From the NCBI GenBank assembly GCA_963713825.1, contig CAVQNG010000017.1, forward strand, positions 1-13,350: DNA of 13,350 nt. Reading direction: 5' to 3'. The position numbers and the translations under genes are program-made. Within the stretch, counting starts at the first letter, position 1. Every line of letters begins with the position of its first letter. Positions 8,923 through 13,350 of this stretch are shown piece by piece. Origin of the DNA: an uncultured Acidobacteriota bacterium (lineage in GTDB: Bacteria > Acidobacteriota > Thermoanaerobaculia > Multivoradales > JAHEKO01). The notes beneath the pieces were generated by a model. It was not told where the DNA came from, did not search any database, and saw nothing but the letters and a program-made list of their open reading frames with translations.

Positions 8923-10797
8923 ATGTCAATCATATTCCTATCAAGAGCACCTCATGTCTGGAGACTTCTCGCATGAGGCCCGCCCTAATCTCCGCCTCCC
9001 TGTGGGCCCTGCTTTGGGGCTCCTGGAGACAAACTACTTCTCGAGGGAGAATTTCGTCCTCCCTTTGACTGCAGGTCACTTCTGGCTCGTCTCGATTGCC
9101 TTCATCGAGTACCTGATCCTGGCCCTGATCCAATCGTTGCTCTCGCGTGGATCTCGAGAAAAGGCGCGGGCAGAACGAATGATGCGCTCGAATGGAGTCT
9201 TCCAGGATGGTGGCTGCTACTGATCCTGGCAGTTTCGTTCTATCATCGACGGTGAATCCTACGCCCAGGACACGGGAGGGGCCATCTGGACCCTGGCGAT
9301 AGTAGCCGCGATGCTGGCGGTGCTGTGGGGCCTTGTCCTTCTTGGCCGCCACTCTCCGAATCTGGTCCGAGGGCTCTCTGTGTTCGGGGCCATCACGCTC
9401 TCGGTCGTTGGCCTCATCGGTCTACTCTCGACCCTCAGGCGATCGTCAGCCGCCGTTGGGTCAACCGGGGATGCAAAGCCGATTTTCTCGTTGGACAAGT
9501 GCTCCGATTGCCCCAAGGTCCTTTTGATTGGACTCGATGGCGGGGATTGGAAGGTGTTCGATCCGATGATCGAGAGAGGCGAGTTGCCGACCTTCGAGAG
9601 ACTTGTTCGTAACGGTGTTTCGGCTCGTCTGAAGACTGTCATGCCAACCAGTTCACCGCTGCTATGGACGAGCATCGCATCGGGCAAGTCGGTAGCCAAG
9701 CATGGGATTCACGACCACACCCGCACTCAATTGCCCCTTGGGCTGCCCCCGGCACCGATGCAGGCGAAGTGGTTTCGCACCCTCACCAAGCCAACGAGGC
9801 TGGCCCTGAGATACCTTCAGCGTGTCCACCCGCTTACCCCCCTTGGTCTGGTGTCGGGCCAGGTCGAAGCGATCCGAATCTGGGAGATCCTCGATCTCTT
9901 TGGCCTGCAGTCGATCGTTTTGGACTGGTACGTCAGCCATCCGGTGACGTTGCAAAACGGCATTCAAGTTTCTCACCGGTTTCACACGAAGAAGGGAGCG
10001 ATCTCCGAGACTTCAGGGCTAGTGCATCCACCGGAATTGGCGAAGTCTCTCAGAGCCGGAGATCGTCACGCCAGAAGAGCTCGACGACAAGATCGTCTGG
10101 GGGCTTCTGGATGTGGCCGACCTCGGTGAGGCGGGAAGAGAGGAACTCGAGCAGGAAAGACAGCAGTGGTTCAAGGCCATACGTTGGGAGATGGCGAGGG
10201 ACCTTACGACGAAGGCGGTCGCTAGCACGGCCTTCCCCCTGGTACCTGACTGGAGGTTCGCTGGGGTCTACTACCGAGCGATGGACATCAGTCACCACCT
10301 TGCATGGCAGTATATGGATCTCGAGAAACCCGAAAGATCTTTCAGTCGATTCGGATTGGCGATTTCGAGAGGTTGTGGAGCAGTACTATCGATATTGTGA
10401 TTCCCTGCTGGCTGCGACTTTGGAGCATGCTGATGAAAACACCGTCGTCATCGTGCTGTCGGATCATGGCTGGGAAGACACTTTGCGTGCCCACGACTTC
10501 GCCCCGGATGGATTCCTGATCATGGCTGGAGAACCGATCAAGAGCTCGAGCGAGCGGTTGGATATCCACATCTACGACATTGTCCCAACGGTCCTCGCCT
10601 TGCTGGGTCTTCCCGTGGCAGAAGATATGGATGGAATGGTGGCGACCCAATTTGTGGAGGACTGGTTCTGGAAGCGACATCCCATAAAAAGGATCCCCAG
10701 CTACGAGTGGGAGAGCAAGGCTCCAGTTGCAGGCGAAGAAGTCGAGCTCGACGAAGAGACAAAGGAGCATCTCAGAGCCCTCGGTTACCTCGAGTAG
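8923..10797 (+). CDS. Second membrane-anchored phosphodiesterase-like alkaline-phosphatase-superfamily protein; multiple frameshifts; start uncertain (8923 or 8954)
   Basis: Hydrophobic fragments at 8954-9420. Frame A carries KVLLIGLDGGDW, GELPTF and PTSSPLLWTSIASGKSVAKHGIHD. After a shift near 10052, frame B reads PEIVTPEEL...GVYYRAMDISHHLAWQY. After a shift near 10330, frame C reads VEQYYRYCD...VLSDHG...AH...DIVPTVL...DEETKEHLRALGYLE. Motif order is collinear with 4877..6805. Confidence 0.85.
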
Positions 10798-10827
10798 TAG
10801 GCCCTCTGAAGTCATCAGGAGTCACGA

Positions 10828-11847
10828 ATGCCCGACAGAGAGGAGTACATTCCCGACAGCGAGCGAATCTGCGTGGTGATCCCCTGCTATCGGGTGGCAC
10901 CGTTCATCGAGAAGGTGATTCAGCAGCTGCCGCCATGGGTCTCCAAGGTCGTCGCCGTCGATGACTGCAGCCTGGATGAGACGGTCGAAGTTCTCGAGAG
11001 GATCGACGACCCTCGGTTGGTAGTCGTGCGCCACGAGAAGAACCAGGGGGTCGGCGGTGCCATGCTCACCGGCTATCGAAAGGGGATCGAGGAAGGTGCG
11101 ACGATACTAGTCAAGATGGATGGGGACGATCAGATGCCGGTCGAGCATCTGTACTCCTTGGTCCAGCCGATCGTCTCGGGTAGGTCCGACTATTCGAAGG
11201 CGAATCGCTTCGTCCAGACCGGGCCGCTCCAGCAGATGCCCCTCTTGCGCCGAATGGGAAATCTCGGCCTATCCTTCTTGACCAAGGCGGCCAGCGGCTA
11301 TTGGAACATCTTCGATCCTACGAACGGGTATACAGCGATCGATGCCGATGTACTCGGGGCCATTGACGACAGCCAGGTGCACCACGGCTACTTCTTCGAG
11401 AGCGGCATGCTCATCGAGCTCAATCTCCAGAGAGCCGTCGTTGCCGATGTGGACGTCCCTGCCAGGTATGGCGAGGAGGAAAGCTCACTTTCGATCTTGA
11501 AAACTCTCATCGAGTTTCCGGTGCATCTCTTTCGACTCTTCCTGCGGAGGGTTTGGCAGCGATACTTCGTCCGGAATTTCTCGGTGGCGTCGCTATTCCT
11601 CGTTGCGGGTCTGATTCTGATGATATTCGGTGCGACTTGGGGTGCGGTATTCTGGGCGATCTCGGTCAAGGCGGGTGTTCCGGCGACTACCGGAACCGTG
11701 ATGATCGCGGTCCTACCGATCATGTTGGGATTCCAGCTCCTGCTGCAGTTCGTGGTCTTCGATGTTCAAGACATCCCCAGGCAAGTAAAAGCTCGGCGCG
11801 CCGAATCAAGGCGCCTTGCCGCTGTCGAGCAGTTGCGCAGACGGTAG
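10828..11847 (+). CDS. GT2 family glycosyltransferase, polyprenol-phosphate hexose synthase (DPM/DPG synthase)-like, with two C-terminal TM helices
   Basis: Motifs ICVVIPCY, AVDDCSLD, NQGVGGA, KMDGDDQM (DxD), KANRF, DPTNGYTAI, YFFESGML, ARYGEEES, then two hydrophobic helices. AGGAG ribosome-binding site upstream of the ATG. Confidence 0.93.
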   Translation: MPDREEYIPDSERICVVIPCYRVAPFIEKVIQQLPPWVSKVVAVDDCSLDETVEVLERIDDPRLVVVRHEKNQGVGGAMLTGYRKGIEEGATILVKMDGDDQMPVEHLYSLVQPIVSGRSDYSKANRFVQTGPLQQMPLLRRMGNLGLSFLTKAASGYWNIFDPTNGYTAIDADVLGAIDDSQVHHGYFFESGMLIELNLQRAVVADVDVPARYGEEESSLSILKTLIEFPVHLFRLFLRRVWQRYFVRNFSVASLFLVAGLILMIFGATWGAVFWAISVKAGVPATTGTVMIAVLPIMLGFQLLLQFVVFDVQDIPRQVKARRAESRRLAAVEQLRRR

Positions 11848-11848
11848 G

Positions 11849-13350
11849 TCAGTCCAGTGACGTTTCAAGTACCGGAGTGGTGATTCGCTCGATGCTCTCT
11901 GGCCGATTTCATAGATGCGCAGTTCGGGCCCGTTTCGACATCTTCGTAGATCGGTGCTGAGAAGAAGGATCCATCCTCTCGCGGGCTTCTCCCCATTCGA
12001 CGGGTCTTAAAGAACCTGCGATCGTCAACAACGAGCAGGACCCTCTTGTCTCGACATGGTGGACCACGTTCCTTGGTCTGAAAATCGGGGCGGGTAGCTC
12101 CAGGGCCTCCTGGAGTAGTAGCCCACTTGGGACTGCGAGGTGAGGACGATGGTGTCCTCGGCGCTGTTTTCGGCAATCCACTGCCGGCGCGACCAACTCG
12201 AGCCCACCAATGGATCCATTCGTTTCGAGTGGACCACGGTGATGGAGAGGAGAAAGGCTAGTATGCCGGCCACCATGACGGGCGTGGCGGACCGTGGGGC
12301 AAGGCCCTTCAATTCTCTGGAGACAGCCAGGATGCCCCGCGCGCACCACAAGAACGCCATGGCGGCGTAGGGCGCTACGTACCGGGTTTCCGAGTAGTAG
12401 AAAGGCAGGTAGAAGGCGAGAGGCAAGATCGCAGCCAGGATCAGCAGGTGTGCCGCCAGGATCCTGCGCCCACCCGAGGCAGAGAACAACCATCCGGCCC
12501 CCATGAAGGGAAGCAGCAAGACAGGAAATCCGGTCCAGGTGAAAAGTACAGCAGGCACGACATCGAGGTTCTCAGCTACGGCCGCCGCGATGCACTGAGG
12601 CTCGTTGAGAGCCAGTTGTGTCAAGGATTCATAGCTGTGGAGGTCTCGGCTGGAGTCGCAGTCGGGAGGAAAGACCAGGAAATCGAAGAGCGCCCCGGGG
12701 CTTCCCCGGCGCCGTGAGAAATGGTACTAACGAAGACTCCATAGCCAAGGTAGAGGGCGAAGAAACCGAGGAGGAATGCCCCACATTCTTCAGCGCGGCC
12801 TTCGGGCCCGACAGCAGATAGGAACCGATCAGCAGGAAGACGATCAGGGTCGGTACGACGAGCAGCCCGTCGGCGCGGCCCACAAGCAAAGGCCGATGGC
12901 AAGGCCGCCCAGTAGCGCCATCCAGAACCTGTGTTCCGCGGCCTCCCATGCAAGCCAGCAGCCGCCGATGAAGAAGGGAAGGAACAGGGTATGAGAGATC
13001 GAGGAAGCCAGAAGGGAGGTCAGTGCAGGGGCGACGGCCGCCAGGACACCAGTAGGCCCCCGTAAGCGCCGAAAAACCTCCGACCAAGAAGGCCGATGAG
13101 GCCAACAGAGAGCATTCCGAGCGCGATGAAGAGGAATTTCGAAGCGACAAGCTCGTCGCCGAAGAGCTGGGTCAGTCCCTGCGGTGCCAGGTACGACAAG
13201 GGGTGGAACTTGGCCCCGAGCCAGCCAATTCGGACTGGACGATATCCCGCTCCCTCGCCGGCATTGCGGCAACCAAGAGGTAGCTAGCTTCGTCGTAGCC
13301 GATCCATTCCCGGTGCACCGAGATCGCTGTTCTGACTACTCCTCCTGACA
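11849..13350 (-). CDS. ArnT/PMT-like GT-C glycosyltransferase, 5' end beyond the window, heavily frameshifted; stop position approximate (about 11849-11865)
   Basis: The minus strand reads GVVRTAISVHREWIGYDEASYLLVA (the GT-C DE motif after TM1, 13300-13280), then in shifting frames KFHPLSYL, ASKFLFIALGMLSVGLIGLLGRRFF, SHTLFLPFF, GGLAIGL, RADG, ETRYVAPY, WIAENSAEDTIVLT...VGYYS, VLLVVD and LRIYEI. Confidence 0.75.

Noticed and set aside
9664-10330. N-terminal part of the 377-aa ORF 9664..10797 as an overlapping gene
   Set aside because: It is an off-frame read-through. Only the part after about 10330 carries AlkP motifs, and it belongs to the frameshifted gene.
10045-10340. Programmed ribosomal frameshifting in the third AlkP gene
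   Set aside because: No canonical slippery heptamer with a downstream structure, and similar breaks occur across unrelated genes.
13341-13346. AGGAGG on the - strand as ribosome-binding site for the GT-C gene
   Set aside because: No suitably spaced start codon, and the frame reads as the end of TM1 (GGVVR), so the gene starts beyond the window.
1-13350. CRISPR arrays, tRNA/rRNA, transposases, intrinsic terminators
   Set aside because: I saw no spaced direct repeats, RNA gene signatures, transposase motifs or hairpin-plus-U-tract structures.

Overview
This is a dense bacterial cell-envelope glycosylation and modification locus. On the + strand, in order: a GtrB/ArnC-type GT2 polyprenyl-phosphate glycosyltransferase; two paralogous polytopic GT-C-like membrane proteins sharing a P-x-Q-D-x-P-x-H motif, the first broken by indels; three membrane-anchored alkaline-phosphatase-superfamily proteins; and a second, DPM-synthase-like GT2. 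Of the three phosphatase-superfamily proteins, two are phosphodiesterase-like with a predicted Ser nucleophile and one is sulfatase-like with a non-canonical TLPSH motif. All three end in an acidic helix plus L-[RK]-x-L-G-Y. A convergent ArnT/PMT-like GT-C gene on the - strand runs off the right edge. Four of the eight genes are split across frames and had to be rebuilt by hand; the scattered single-base indels look like long-read error rather than true decay. I saw no RNA genes, CRISPR arrays or transposases. The main hypothesis is a lipid-carrier-dependent extracytoplasmic glycosylation system coupled to a triad of LGY-tailed phospho/sulfo transferases or hydrolases. All family calls come from motif recognition by eye; no searches were run.
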